Shown: positions 9,278 through 19,992, counted from the first letter of the stretch. The stretch: DNA of 64,000 bases from an uncultured Ignavibacteria bacterium (GCA_937127445.1 CAKZLY010000030.1:10023-74022), one strand, 5' to 3'. Program-made: numbers and translations. The notes: generated from the letters alone by a model not told the origin.

Positions 9278-10156
9278 TTATTGTTTTTCTAAGAAAGTTC
9301 CTAATTCTGAAATAATCACAGCGGAGAATAGTAGAGCAGCTCCGAAAATCTCAGTATTCGTCATAGTTTCACTAAGAAAGATAACTGCGACTGAACTTGC
9401 AACAATAGGTTCGAGCGAGAAAATCAAAGCAGCTTTGACAGGAGTAGTGTATCTTTGAATACTTGTATGAATAAATGTAACTAAAAATGATGCTAATACT
9501 GCATTGAATGCTAATGAAATTAGAAGTAAATTATCGAATTTCACAATCCAAGAACCATCTTCGAAAGTAACAAAATAAACAATAGCAATAATCGACGATG
9601 CCACAAATTGCAAAAAAACTAACTGAGCAGTAATGGAGCGATTTTCTATTTTTTTTGTAAAGACATCCATATATGTAATATAGAATGCCCAAAACATTGT
9701 AGAGAAGAGAGTAAGAACATCACCAATGTTTATATTGTCGAAATCGGGGTTAGTGAAGATCCACAGTCCAATCATAGCAACAAAAACACCCCAGAAAGAG
9801 TATTTGCTAATCTTTTTACGGCAGACTATGTAATATACAATTGGTGTAAGTGGAACAGTAATGCCAGTAATAAAAGCTGATTTTGAAACAGTTGTGTATT
9901 TCAAGCCAACTGTTTGAAGCAAAAACCCGCCACCGAAGAATAAGCCTAAAATTAGCCCATTGATTAGAGTTTTATTGTTTATCTTAAATAATTTTTTGTT
10001 AAAGAAAATAACGCACAGAAAAATGGCAATACAAAAACGCAATAGGATATACACACTTGGAGATGTGAACTTCAATCCTATTTTTGTAAAGACGAAAGTT
10101 CCGCCCCAGATAAAAGTGACTAAAAAAAGGGAAAGCTCAGCATAGAAAGGCTTCAA
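9278..10156 (-). CDS. EamA/DMT-family transporter (10 TM)
   Basis: 292 aa, two repeats of about 5 TM helices, typical EamA duplication. Its start overlaps the L,D-transpeptidase stop by 4 nt. Confidence 0.75.
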   Translation of the reverse strand: MKPFYAELSLFLVTFIWGGTFVFTKIGLKFTSPSVYILLRFCIAIFLCVIFFNKKLFKINNKTLINGLILGLFFGGGFLLQTVGLKYTTVSKSAFITGITVPLTPIVYYIVCRKKISKYSFWGVFVAMIGLWIFTNPDFDNINIGDVLTLFSTMFWAFYITYMDVFTKKIENRSITAQLVFLQFVASSIIAIVYFVTFEDGSWIVKFDNLLLISLAFNAVLASFLVTFIHTSIQRYTTPVKAALIFSLEPIVASSVAVIFLSETMTNTEIFGAALLFSAVIISELGTFLEKQ

Positions 10157-11268
10157 TCAGATGCTCCATCTTTATTCTCGATATCATTTAAAACAGGCAA
10201 ATCATTTTTATTATTTTCACTCGCGTTATTTTGTTTTTTTGCTTGATTTTGACGTCTTAGTTGATTAAAGTTTATTGATGGAGTAAGTTTTACGTGTTTT
10301 CGAATGATACCGCGAGCACGAAGAGTATCTTCAGCGTATAAATATCTTTGAATATTCCGTAAACTCGAACGAGCTTCCTTAGGAATTTGAATGATTGGGA
10401 TAAGAGCTTCTTCGACTTCGAGAGGATTATCGGGTAATTGAACAATGCCATCTTTGTTTGAAGTAAAATCGAGCCAGGGACCACCTTTAGTGCGAGAGAA
10501 ACCAAAATGTCCGAGTAAAATCACAGGTGTTCCACTAAAAGGAATAAATTTGCCGCTGGTATCTTTTTTTGCAGATTCACCCCAATTGTAAAGCCATTCA
10601 GCATCATCAATAAACTGGCGTAAGCAGGAATGGGAAACAGGCCGTCCGGGCATTTCAAATTGATGGAAGGCACTGCCAGCTGCACTATGGAAATTGAAAG
10701 TAAAAGGCATGATCCACGTGCTATCGAGAGACGAACGTCTGAGGCGTTCTCTCCATACAAGAGCATATCTACCTGGAAACGATGGGGTTCGCTCTTTACC
10801 AGAGTTGACAGCAGCAAATCGAACTAATTTGCCATTTTCGTAGCATCCATAGGCTTGTTTATCAATGGAAGCCAATATGATTTTTTTAATATTGCTTGCA
10901 GACGAGTACGATTGAGGGAAAATTGAATAATCAAGAATATTGTTCGTAAAAATTTCAGGTACAATAATTTTTTCACCATTTTTGATAAAGCGTAATTCTT
11001 TTCGATTTAACGTCATAATGATTTTTTTGGCAATTGATTTATCGATACTATCTGGCAGAGAAGAAAAAATCGAATCAAGGAAGCCGCGATTCTTAATTTC
11101 TACAAGATTGTACTTTATGTAAGGTGGTTCATAATAAGCGGTATTTGTTTGTTCAGTCTCAACATCTGGAGAAATGTCAGGATTTTCTTGAAAAGTATCG
11201 TCATTTTTGCTGCAACTTATTAGAAAAATTGATATTATCGCAAAACAGAGAAAAAATTTGTTTAACAT
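10153..11268 (-). CDS. lipoprotein L,D-transpeptidase (YkuD family)
   Basis: Lipobox LISCSKND. Catalytic motif HQFEMPGRPVSHSCLRQ (His...Ser-His-x-Cys-x-Arg) near the middle. Confidence 0.7.
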   Translation of the reverse strand: MLNKFFLCFAIISIFLISCSKNDDTFQENPDISPDVETEQTNTAYYEPPYIKYNLVEIKNRGFLDSIFSSLPDSIDKSIAKKIIMTLNRKELRFIKNGEKIIVPEIFTNNILDYSIFPQSYSSASNIKKIILASIDKQAYGCYENGKLVRFAAVNSGKERTPSFPGRYALVWRERLRRSSLDSTWIMPFTFNFHSAAGSAFHQFEMPGRPVSHSCLRQFIDDAEWLYNWGESAKKDTSGKFIPFSGTPVILLGHFGFSRTKGGPWLDFTSNKDGIVQLPDNPLEVEEALIPIIQIPKEARSSLRNIQRYLYAEDTLRARGIIRKHVKLTPSINFNQLRRQNQAKKQNNASENNKNDLPVLNDIENKDGASD

Positions 11269-11278
11269 ATCGTTTTAA

Positions 11279-12115
11279 TTATTGATTTATAAAGTGAATT
11301 GGAATAGTCAATTTTGAATGAACTGGCTTACCTCCACGTTTAGCAGGGCGAAATTTCACATAGTCTATCACATTAAGAGCATAAGAATTAAATAAATCGT
11401 TATCTGATGAGACAACTTTCTTTTCGATAACATTACCAAGTTCGTTAAGCACAATTTCGATGGTAACAGTCCCTTCTTTACCTTGTTCTTTAGCTCTTTG
11501 AGGTATTATAAGGTTTTCGGTAATGTCGCGATAGTCGTAATAAGGAGCTTCGTCGATTTCAGGTTTTTCTTCTGCTAACTGGATACCACCGTTAATAGTT
11601 TCAATTTGAATATGGGCAACACCTTCCTGGGTTCTAATTTTATTAGAGGATTTGGTATCAAACTTAATTCTCTCGGAATTTTTAAGCATCATAGCTAAAT
11701 TATTCAACAGATTAATTTTTCCAGGGAATAGGAAATATTTACTTTTTTCAATATTAATTTTGTCTAATTGGTTGATTTTTTTCAAAATGCTATCACATTT
11801 CGAATTAATGTTTTGCATAAAGGTGTTCTTTTCCTCTAAGCTCATCTCTGCGCTTAGAAAAGCAGAACTATTAGCAATCATAAAGAACTGATAAGCAGAA
11901 GAATAATCTTCGAGTTCAAGCAACCAATCAGCAAATTCAACGAACTTGCTTGGATGTATTGCTGAAAAGTCGTTCCCAAAGTGATTGGATAGCCCTTTAT
12001 ATATTTTTGAATGGTCTTTTGCATAAATGCCGATTTTAATTTCATCAAAATTGTTTTGAGAGAATAGGAACACACAACTCGATAAAAAATAAACTAAAAA
12101 AAACAACTTTTTCAT
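11279..12115 (-). CDS. secreted protein with C-terminal TonB_C-like domain
   Basis: Signal peptide. The C-terminal about 90 aa (AKEQGKEGTVTIEIVLNELGNVIEKKVVSSDNDLFNSYALNVIDYVKFRPAKRGGKPVHSKLTIPIHF) matches the TonB C-terminal fold signature. Confidence 0.5.
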   Translation of the reverse strand: MKKLFFLVYFLSSCVFLFSQNNFDEIKIGIYAKDHSKIYKGLSNHFGNDFSAIHPSKFVEFADWLLELEDYSSAYQFFMIANSSAFLSAEMSLEEKNTFMQNINSKCDSILKKINQLDKINIEKSKYFLFPGKINLLNNLAMMLKNSERIKFDTKSSNKIRTQEGVAHIQIETINGGIQLAEEKPEIDEAPYYDYRDITENLIIPQRAKEQGKEGTVTIEIVLNELGNVIEKKVVSSDNDLFNSYALNVIDYVKFRPAKRGGKPVHSKLTIPIHFINQ

Positions 12116-12215
12116 ATAATATAATACCAGAAACTAATTATCTATATTAGCAAATATAAAAAATAATTGCACAAAATAAAAACCGCATACGAACCAGAAT
12201 AAGCAAAGCTAATTA

Positions 12216-13520
12216 CTACTTAGCAATACGCATCCATTTAAACAAATCTTTAAAAGTAGGTTTCTTTCCATACATAAGAATGCCAACTCGATAAATCCTT
12301 GCGGCAATTTTCAGGCATAAAAAGAATGTTCCGACTGTTAAAACAATTGATGCTAATATTTGCCAGAGTGGCACTTGTGTTGCAGCGATTCGAACTGTCA
12401 TCAATATAGGAGTGAAAAACGGAATAAGCGACAAAATTATGGCAAGAATGCTATCAGGATTACTAATCACATTGAAAACAAGCAAAATAGGAATGATTAT
12501 TGGCAAAGTAACAGGAGTTTGTAATTGTGCAGCATCTTGTTCTTGGTCGACAGCCGAACCAATAGCTGCAAACAAAGTTGCATAGATAAAATAACCAATT
12601 AAGAAATAATAAATGAAGCCAATAATAAGCCAAGGAGAGATAGCTGGAATTTCAAGACCAGCAATATTGAGCATGGTTCCGGAGCTTTGTGGCATTGCAG
12701 TTTGATTTTGCAATTGAGCAATCTGCTCCGGAGAAATAGAACCGCTGAAAATTGTTCCTGCAATTGTAATTGCAGCAAAACCGAGAATAATCCAGACAGT
12801 GACCTGTGTTAACCCAACCAGCCCAATTCCGATAACCTTTCCCATCATAATTTCGAATGGTTTTGCAGAAGAAGCAACAACTTCAATTATGCGATTTGCC
12901 TTTTCTTCGATTACTCCCCGGCTAACAAGCGAGCCATAAGCAAACATCAGGAAATAAATCACAAAGCCCAGAAAGTAGCCAATTGCAGCATAAACTTCTG
13001 TGTAATCTTTTTGTTCGCCACGTTCAGTAACTTTTAGAGTTTTTATTTTGAAAGGCTTGTCTATTAATTTGAGAATATCATCAGTTGCTCCCGCATCTTT
13101 AAGTTGTTTTTGCTTTATAATATCACCAAGATTGCCTTCTAAGCTGGTAATAAATCCAATGCCACCACCCGAGGTGAAAACAAGTGCTTCGCCACTGCTA
13201 ATTACATTTTCATCAACAACGACGAAACCATCACTTTCGCCAGCAAGAACTTGACGACGAAGTTCATCTTCTGATTTATCAGATAAGTAATATTTTGAAG
13301 TATCGAGGTTTACCAATTTCTGTCCAATCCCAAAATTTGTTTTATCGACGATAGCAATTTTTTTGGAAGTTGAATCAGCAGATAAATAAGCCACTAAACC
13401 GGGAATAACAATCAGCAAAATGAGGAACAATGGTCCTAAAAGAGTGCCAATAATAAAACCTTTTGATTTAATACGAGTAAAATATTCGTGCGAAATAATT
13501 GTGATAATTTTATTGTTCAT
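12216..13520 (-). CDS. ABC-2 type exporter permease (NatB-like)
   Basis: Start MNNKIITI (ATG complement at 13518-13520, RBS GGAGAT). N-terminal TM, large extracytoplasmic loop, 5 C-terminal TMs. Overlaps the ATPase stop by 11 nt. Confidence 0.8.
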   Translation of the reverse strand: MNNKIITIISHEYFTRIKSKGFIIGTLLGPLFLILLIVIPGLVAYLSADSTSKKIAIVDKTNFGIGQKLVNLDTSKYYLSDKSEDELRRQVLAGESDGFVVVDENVISSGEALVFTSGGGIGFITSLEGNLGDIIKQKQLKDAGATDDILKLIDKPFKIKTLKVTERGEQKDYTEVYAAIGYFLGFVIYFLMFAYGSLVSRGVIEEKANRIIEVVASSAKPFEIMMGKVIGIGLVGLTQVTVWIILGFAAITIAGTIFSGSISPEQIAQLQNQTAMPQSSGTMLNIAGLEIPAISPWLIIGFIYYFLIGYFIYATLFAAIGSAVDQEQDAAQLQTPVTLPIIIPILLVFNVISNPDSILAIILSLIPFFTPILMTVRIAATQVPLWQILASIVLTVGTFFLCLKIAARIYRVGILMYGKKPTFKDLFKWMRIAK

Positions 13521-14430
13521 TTTTATCTCCTTGTTGATTAGCAACAGTATCAATGAAAATTTCGTGCATTGTGGGGAGCGAAAGGTCAAATCTTGTTACA
13601 GTGGCAAATTCAGAAACAGTTTTGAAAATATCATTAGTATTAATTGATTGATTAAGCAATTTTAATTCTAAACGTGAATTTGAACGGTTAAGAATTTCTA
13701 CATTCTCAAGTAATTTGATAAATTCATCGCTTCCGTCAAATTCGACAACTAAATGATTGCGACCATATCTCGATTTGATTTCTGAAACTTTACCGTCGAG
13801 GACGAGTTTGCCCTTGTTAATCATACAAATGCTGTCGCACAGTTCTTCGACTTGCGACATAACGTGGGTTGAAAGGATAATTGTTTTACCTTCATCTCTA
13901 AGTTCAAGCAAAATATTTTTAACAAGTTCAGTGTTGATTGGGTCGAACCCAGAGAATGGCTCATCAAGAATAATAAGTTCAGGAGAATGGAGAATAGTTG
14001 TAATAAACTGAATTTTTTGCTGCATACCTTTGGATAATTCTTGAATTTTTTTATTTTCCCAGCCAGAAGCACCAAGCTTATTAAGCCAAAAGCGAGCACA
14101 TTCGATAGCGGTTGATTTTGGTATTCCTTTTAGTCGGGCAAAATAAACGATTTGTTCCATTACTTTAAGTTTTTTGTAAAGACCTCTTTCTTCTGGCAAA
14201 TAACCGATTTTATTTTGCAAATTTGAATTAAGTTTTTCGTCAAAAATATAAATTTCACCTTCGTCAGGGATTAAAATATTGTTAATCATTCGAATAAGGG
14301 TTGTTTTGCCAGCACCATTGGGACCGAGCAAACCAAAAATTTGCCCGCTTTCGACTGTAAAAGAAACATTATTAGCAGCGGCATAGTTCCCAAATCTTTT
14401 AGTAACATTTTTTACTTCGAGTATTTCCAT
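13510..14430 (-). CDS. ABC transporter ATP-binding protein (NatA-like)
   Basis: Walker A GPNGAGKTT, signature LSKGMQQK, Walker B ILDEPFSGFD, H-loop. Confidence 0.9.
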   Translation of the reverse strand: MEILEVKNVTKRFGNYAAANNVSFTVESGQIFGLLGPNGAGKTTLIRMINNILIPDEGEIYIFDEKLNSNLQNKIGYLPEERGLYKKLKVMEQIVYFARLKGIPKSTAIECARFWLNKLGASGWENKKIQELSKGMQQKIQFITTILHSPELIILDEPFSGFDPINTELVKNILLELRDEGKTIILSTHVMSQVEELCDSICMINKGKLVLDGKVSEIKSRYGRNHLVVEFDGSDEFIKLLENVEILNRSNSRLELKLLNQSINTNDIFKTVSEFATVTRFDLSLPTMHEIFIDTVANQQGDKNEQ

Positions 14431-14629
14431 CTATATTGCTCACATAAATTGAAGAAAAAAACTCAACAAACATACGAAAGAAAAGAATAAAAAGTTTCAT
14501 TTTTATTCTGATAACGATTGAGTTAGTCGCTTTATAACAAAAAAATAAAGAGAAGAAACAAATTTAAAACTCTCAAAAATGGGCTGAACCATCGATATAG
14601 AACAGTCTATATTTCGAAAAAGTTGACAA

Positions 14630-15121
14630 TTATTCTTCGATGGAATTTATAATATCCATTATGATATTTGTTTGCTCTAAATCTTTAACAGCAATGTTCA
14701 AGCAATGTCCGACTTCGTTAATAACGTCCATTTCGTCGTAGCTAATTTTGTAACCAAATAGAGAACCAGAAGCATTGGCAATAAACACACCAATAGCAAT
14801 TAAGTGTTTTTTAAAAGAAAGTGCGTCTTTGGGTTCAATTTTATTATCAAGGATAAATGCAGTTTTGCGCAAAATTTCTTTTGCAGGTTGTTTTTGAGCA
14901 TCGAAAATGTTACTGAGTTCATCACCATTAGGAACAGTTTGAAGAATTTCTTTTGCAAGGGAGTTATTTAACTTATGGGAATTTTTGATAATTACTTCGA
15001 TAGCGTCTTTTTCTTTTTTGTCGATTTTTCCATCAGCGCCGGCAATCATTTTAAAAACCGCAAAAATTGAAGATTGCAAAATAGCCCAATCTTCGTTCGG
15101 AAGCAATTCTTTGTAAGCCAT
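14630..15121 (-). CDS. hypothetical cytoplasmic protein, possibly TerB-like helical domain
   Basis: 163 aa, all-helical. AGADGKIDKKEKDAIE is reminiscent of the TerB/DjlA-N 'D-G-x-x-x-x-x-E' pairs. Weak. Confidence 0.3.
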   Translation of the reverse strand: MAYKELLPNEDWAILQSSIFAVFKMIAGADGKIDKKEKDAIEVIIKNSHKLNNSLAKEILQTVPNGDELSNIFDAQKQPAKEILRKTAFILDNKIEPKDALSFKKHLIAIGVFIANASGSLFGYKISYDEMDVINEVGHCLNIAVKDLEQTNIIMDIINSIEE

Positions 15122-15190
15122 ATTAACCTCGAAAAAAGGATAAAAGTAGTATTTTTAGAGACTTAAAAGATAAAATTATATTGTAAAGAA

Positions 15191-16054
15191 TCAATTGTTT
15201 TTGCGAATAAATTCTTCCAAGGTAAAGTAAGAATTTGTGAAATGTTTGCCGACACGGTAATTATCTTCGTCAAAATATACGCGCAATTTTTGCTCGATTG
15301 TCTGAAAGAAGTGGACAGGGACAGAAAATTCGGAGGAAATAAACAATCTACCACCTGAATTAATAATTGCACTTGTTAGCAGTGATTGCTGTTCAGATTG
15401 CACTTGATAAGTGGCTTCGCCTGTACGGATAAAACGAAATCTAATGCAGGAATAGCCAAGAGTATCGATTTTATCTTCGGCACGCATTAAATTTGAGTGT
15501 TCAACAATAGCAGGTGGGAAAGAATTTTCGACAAGAGTATCGATTGAGCTCACCAACCAGGATTCATTTACTGCTTTGCAAGATTGACTGAATGGAAAAA
15601 ATAAATACGGTTGAAATGGTCCTCCTGGCGAAACAGCAGCATTAATAACATCCCCGGCAACCGAACGAATTCTCTTTGAAACAGAATCTATAACTAAGAA
15701 GAATTTTCTATTGACCCAGGGTGAAGTTTTTCTCATTACATCTTTTATTTCACCTTTTGATTCGGCGGCAGTATAGTCTGTAAAACACAAATTTAGATGG
15801 AATCTGCCCAATTTATCAACAGAATCACATTTGACAATAAATCTTTCCCAGCGGTCCCTCACCAAAGGGGTATCGTCCTCAAAAACGATACTATCGCGGG
15901 ATTCGACGCGATAAATTAGCAGGTCACCTTGCTGAAATTTATATTTGAAACAAGCTGTATCACCTGGAACTTTTTCAATTTCCTCAAAATCAGATTGAGC
16001 GAGACAAAATATGCTCGTTGTTATGAGTACTATTAAATAAACTAACTTTTTCAT
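15191..16054 (-). CDS. secreted hypothetical protein
   Basis: Signal peptide MKKLVYLIVLITTSIFCLAQS. No recognisable motif. Confidence 0.5.
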   Translation of the reverse strand: MKKLVYLIVLITTSIFCLAQSDFEEIEKVPGDTACFKYKFQQGDLLIYRVESRDSIVFEDDTPLVRDRWERFIVKCDSVDKLGRFHLNLCFTDYTAAESKGEIKDVMRKTSPWVNRKFFLVIDSVSKRIRSVAGDVINAAVSPGGPFQPYLFFPFSQSCKAVNESWLVSSIDTLVENSFPPAIVEHSNLMRAEDKIDTLGYSCIRFRFIRTGEATYQVQSEQQSLLTSAIINSGGRLFISSEFSVPVHFFQTIEQKLRVYFDEDNYRVGKHFTNSYFTLEEFIRKNN

Positions 16055-16142
16055 ATGCTCGAAAAAATGTATTTGTAATAATTACAAAAATAGTGTTAAT
16101 TTTGAAATAATTGACGATAATAATGATAAATCGTTTCATTAG

Positions 16143-16214
16143 GGCGCATTCGTCTAACGGTTAGGACGCAGCCCTCTCAAGGCTGAAATAGGGGTTCGAT
16201 TCCCCTATGCGCTG
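16143..16214 (+). tRNA. tRNA-Glu (anticodon CTC)
   Basis: Acceptor stem GGCGCAT/ATGCGCT, U8, 3-bp D-stem GTC/GAC as in tRNA-Glu, anticodon stem CAGCC/GGCTG with loop CTCTCAA, T-arm AGGGG-TTCGATT-CCCCT, discriminator G. CCA is not encoded. Confidence 0.85.
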
Positions 16215-16310
16215 CAAGAGTTCCTCGGTAATATTCCACAACAAAGATTAGTTGATTGATTTGTAAACATTTTTTTTTATTTTTGGATATGTTAAATATT
16301 GCCGAAAAAT

Positions 16311-16769
16311 ATGGATGAAATAGCAAAAAATTTAGACAAGTTTAAATTTTACGTTGAGGGAAAAGTTCAATTTAACGAAGTTGATTCTTTCGAGGTCGTT
16401 CACAATATACAATATCTATATTGGATGGAAAATTCACGATTGGAATATCTGGACAAAATTGGGATCAAAATAGGGAGAAATACTATTAGAGAAAAATTAC
16501 CATTGATGGTTGTAAACACAAGCATTTCTTATCTTGCTCCTTTATTTTTCACAGACAAATATAGAGTATATTGCCGAACAGCTTCAATTGGGAATTCATC
16601 ACTGACGATGGAAAATATTGTAACGAATGAAAGTAATGAAGTGTGTGCAATAGCAAGGTCTGTAATGGTGCATCTTGAAAAAGGAACTTTCAAATCAAAA
16701 AGAATTCCTGATGAAGTAAGAGAAAAAATCAAGCAATTTGAACAGGTTAATTTAGAAATTTCGGGTTAA
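16311..16769 (+). CDS. 4HBT/YbgC-family acyl-CoA thioesterase
   Basis: Hot-dog fold signature (KVQFNEVDSFEVVHNIQYLYWME...). Alternative TTG start at 16299. The stop is adjacent to the nagZ-like start. Confidence 0.65.
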   Translation: MDEIAKNLDKFKFYVEGKVQFNEVDSFEVVHNIQYLYWMENSRLEYLDKIGIKIGRNTIREKLPLMVVNTSISYLAPLFFTDKYRVYCRTASIGNSSLTMENIVTNESNEVCAIARSVMVHLEKGTFKSKRIPDEVREKIKQFEQVNLEISG

Positions 16770-16770
16770 T

Positions 16771-18315
16771 ATGAAGAAAATAGAGAACTGGGCAGCAAAC
16801 GAACTTGCAGCTCAATGCATTATCCCAAGATTGGACATCGAGAAATTTTCTGAGGATAGTGAATACAAGAATGAGATAATAAAGCTCGTGGAAAAGGGCA
16901 TTGGTGGATTTTGTATTTTTGGTGGGAATTGCGAACTTGTTGAGAAAACTACAAGTTATTTGCAGTCAATAGCAGAAATACCGCTAATATTTGCAGCGGA
17001 TTTTGAAAATGGACTACCTATGCGTTTGGACGATGGAACTTCGTTTCCCCACGCAATGGCTATTGGTATTGCCAACGACACAAAAATAACAGAAGAGATA
17101 TCAATTGCAATTGCTAAAGAAGCAAAAGACATTGGTGTGCACTGGAATTTAGCACCTGTGTGCGATATAAACTCAAATCCAAAAAATCCAATAATAAATA
17201 TTCGCTCTTTTGGTCAAACAAGCGAAATTGTTGTCCAACACATTAGGACATATATCAGAGGGACACAATCAGAAAAAGTTGCAGCAACGGCAAAACATTT
17301 TCCGGGACATGGGAATACTTCTATTGATTCTCACATAGAATTGCCAATAATTGATTGCAGTTTAAGTGAATTATATGAAAACGAATTAATTCCATTCCAA
17401 ACAGCAATTAAGTGCAACGTAAAGTCAATTATGGTTGGACATCTCCTTGTAAAATCTATTGACGAGAACAAACCAGCATCACTATCTGAGAAGGTCATAA
17501 AGTTATACATTCGAGAAAAGCTTGGCTATGATGGGATTGTTCTAACAGATGCATTGGATATGAAGTCAGTTTCTAATAAGTTTTCACCAAATGAATTAAT
17601 AATGCAAGCGATTTCGGCGGGGAACGATATTTTGTTGATGCCCGAAAATCCATCAGTTGCAATTAGCATTGTCGCACAGGCAATTGAGAAGTCAGAAGAG
17701 TTGCGGGAACAAGTTATCAATTCAGTTCGGAAAATACATTCTTTAAAAAGATTTTGCGGGCTAATTCCAAGTTTTGCTAGAAATGAAACAAAACTGAATA
17801 CTTGGATGAAGCATACAAATCTGGCTTTAAGAGCAGCGATAAAAACGATCAAATCGAATATTGCTGAAAGTGAGTTGCCAATAGATAATAGCAAACAATA
17901 TGCTGCATTTTCAATTATCCAGAACGATTATGATATGCAAGCAGCATCAAGATTTTTTACAATGTTGGCACAGGCAACAGAGAATGACTGCGACTACGGA
18001 TATTTAGATACAAATATTTCAGATGATGATATTCAAAAATTAGTAGAAAACATTCAAAATGCAGAATTTTTGATTTTTGCGATTTTTTCGAAAGGCAGAG
18101 CCTATCAAGGGGACATTGAAATTTCTGAAAAATTAAATACAATTATAGAAAAGGTATCGAACGGAAGGAAAAAGTATGTAATTATATTCGGTTATCCATA
18201 TTTTGCAAGAGAGTTAGAGTGCAAAAATATAATTTATTGCTATTCAGATTCTTTTCCTTCGATTGCAGCTGCGATAATGAAATTAACGGGAAGAGAGTTG
18301 CCTGAAAATTATTAA
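16771..18315 (+). CDS. nagZ: glycoside hydrolase family 3 beta-N-acetylhexosaminidase (NagZ-like) with about 170-aa C-terminal extension
   Basis: GH3 motifs GVHWNLAPVCDIN, KHFPGHGNTSIDSH, GYDGIVLTDALDM. The extra C-terminal domain is of unknown function. Confidence 0.8.
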   Translation: MKKIENWAANELAAQCIIPRLDIEKFSEDSEYKNEIIKLVEKGIGGFCIFGGNCELVEKTTSYLQSIAEIPLIFAADFENGLPMRLDDGTSFPHAMAIGIANDTKITEEISIAIAKEAKDIGVHWNLAPVCDINSNPKNPIINIRSFGQTSEIVVQHIRTYIRGTQSEKVAATAKHFPGHGNTSIDSHIELPIIDCSLSELYENELIPFQTAIKCNVKSIMVGHLLVKSIDENKPASLSEKVIKLYIREKLGYDGIVLTDALDMKSVSNKFSPNELIMQAISAGNDILLMPENPSVAISIVAQAIEKSEELREQVINSVRKIHSLKRFCGLIPSFARNETKLNTWMKHTNLALRAAIKTIKSNIAESELPIDNSKQYAAFSIIQNDYDMQAASRFFTMLAQATENDCDYGYLDTNISDDDIQKLVENIQNAEFLIFAIFSKGRAYQGDIEISEKLNTIIEKVSNGRKKYVIIFGYPYFARELECKNIIYCYSDSFPSIAAAIMKLTGRELPENY

Positions 18316-18328
18316 TTTTGTTAAACAA

Positions 18329-19537
18329 TTGAAAAATAATATGAGTAAACGTTTACGAGTTTTATTTTTAACCGCGAGATTTCCATATCCACTGATTGGT
18401 GGAGACAGATTAAAACCATATTATATTTTGAAATACCTGGGAAAGCAATGTGATGTAACATTAGTAACCTTTCATCAAGGGACTGATTTACCTAAGAGTT
18501 ATATTAACGAAATTGAAAAATTAGGGGTCAAATTAATTATAATTCCGCTTGATCCTGTTTCGGCAGGTTTGAAAGCAGGAATGAAGTTACTGACAAAAAG
18601 TCCACTGGAAATAGATTATTATTATTCAAATAACTACAAGAAAGCAGTAGAAGAATTGCAACCTGAAAGAAATTTTGATGTTGCGATTGCTTTCTTTATG
18701 CGAACAGCAGAATACATTAAAGATTTAAGAGTGCCTAAAATATTAATGGCAGAAGATTGCAGAACAATTTACCAATATCGTTCATTTCGGGAATCAAAGA
18801 GTTTGCTACAAAAATTAGTAAGGCGTTGGGAGTACAACAAGTTAAAAAAATACGAACCTGAGATTGTTAATTATTTCGACATTGTAACTTTCGTAAGTAA
18901 CGACGATATAAAAGAAATGCAAAAGTTAAACAGCGGAGTTGAATACAGATTACTTTCGAATGGAGTTGATTTGAACAGGTATATATTTAACAACGACATA
19001 AGAAACCGGGAAGGCATTCTGTTCGCTGGGAAGCTCGATGTTTGGGCAAATCAAATAATGATAAATACAATTGTCAATGAGATACTACCTGAAATATTGG
19101 CAAAACTGCCAGAAGTAGAGTTTCACATAGCAGGAGCCAAACCACCTCACAGTATAATGTCGCTAAAGGCCAAGAAAAACATTAATCTTCATATTGATGT
19201 ACCAGATATGTTGCCATATTTACATAGTGCAAGGTTATTTTTGCACCCACATTCGGGTGGGTCTGGCATTCAGAATAAATTATTAGAGGCAATGGCAAGT
19301 GGTTGCCCTGTAATTACTACACCGACTGGCAATCAAGGTATTTATGCAAAAAACGAAGAAAGTGCGATAATATGTAACACTAAAGAAGAGATGATACGTT
19401 ATGCAGTTAAGATATTAAAAGATGATGAATTTGCATCAAAGCTTGCAAATAATGCAAGAGTGCTTATCGAAGAAAAGCACTCTTGGGAAGCAATTTATCA
19501 ACAGTTAGATGATATTCTTAAAGAATTGCTGGATTAA
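18329..19537 (+). CDS. GT4-family (group 1) glycosyltransferase
   Basis: C-terminal GT-B motif FLHPHSGGSGIQNKLLEAMASGCPVITT (E-x7-E region). Confidence 0.8.
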   Translation: MKNNMSKRLRVLFLTARFPYPLIGGDRLKPYYILKYLGKQCDVTLVTFHQGTDLPKSYINEIEKLGVKLIIIPLDPVSAGLKAGMKLLTKSPLEIDYYYSNNYKKAVEELQPERNFDVAIAFFMRTAEYIKDLRVPKILMAEDCRTIYQYRSFRESKSLLQKLVRRWEYNKLKKYEPEIVNYFDIVTFVSNDDIKEMQKLNSGVEYRLLSNGVDLNRYIFNNDIRNREGILFAGKLDVWANQIMINTIVNEILPEILAKLPEVEFHIAGAKPPHSIMSLKAKKNINLHIDVPDMLPYLHSARLFLHPHSGGSGIQNKLLEAMASGCPVITTPTGNQGIYAKNEESAIICNTKEEMIRYAVKILKDDEFASKLANNARVLIEEKHSWEAIYQQLDDILKELLD

Positions 19538-19539
19538 GT

Positions 19540-19992
19540 TTAATTGAATGGCTTAAGCAATGGAAAATCTTTTCCAATAACGACGGTGGAACGAACGAAT
19601 AAAGTAGAATCAATTGTACTAACCACTAATGAATCAGGTATACCAATGGCGTAAGCTACTTTCCTTGCACTGCGTACATCTCCGAGCCTATCTAGAATAA
19701 ACGATTTTTCTTCTTTCTTTGGATAGTTACCAATTTCGACAACATCAAATCCGCGAAGGCGTAAAAATTCCATAACTTTAGCAGCAAGTCCGGGCTCACC
19801 ACAAGCATTCAGCACATTCACCTGAATAACAATGTCGTTTTGGCTTGTATTTGCTCCGTTCTCAATTTCAGCCTGAACAGGTGGAGATATAATTACTCGA
19901 TTAATAAAAGACGAAAGCATAACGATAACGATTAAGCCAAAAGAAACCAGCAATAGAATGTTAGCAGTTTTGTTGTTTGATAAGATTTTCAT
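19540..19992 (-). CDS. membrane-anchored LytR_C-domain protein
   Basis: N-terminal TM, then QVNVLNACGEPGLAAKVMEFLRLRGFDVVEIGNY, matching the LytR C-terminal (cell-envelope-related attenuator C-terminal) domain pattern. Confidence 0.5.
   Translation of the reverse strand: MKILSNNKTANILLLVSFGLIVIVMLSSFINRVIISPPVQAEIENGANTSQNDIVIQVNVLNACGEPGLAAKVMEFLRLRGFDVVEIGNYPKKEEKSFILDRLGDVRSARKVAYAIGIPDSLVVSTIDSTLFVRSTVVIGKDFPLLKPFN

Noticed and set aside
13521-13589. 23-aa N-terminal extension of the ABC permease
   Set aside because: The internal ATG at 13520 has a GGAGAT RBS and typical operon overlap with the ATPase gene.
16143-16214. Unusual 3-bp D-stem in tRNA-Glu flagged as a possible pseudogene
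   Set aside because: A 3-bp D-stem and this overall architecture are normal for bacterial tRNA-Glu. All other stems pair well.
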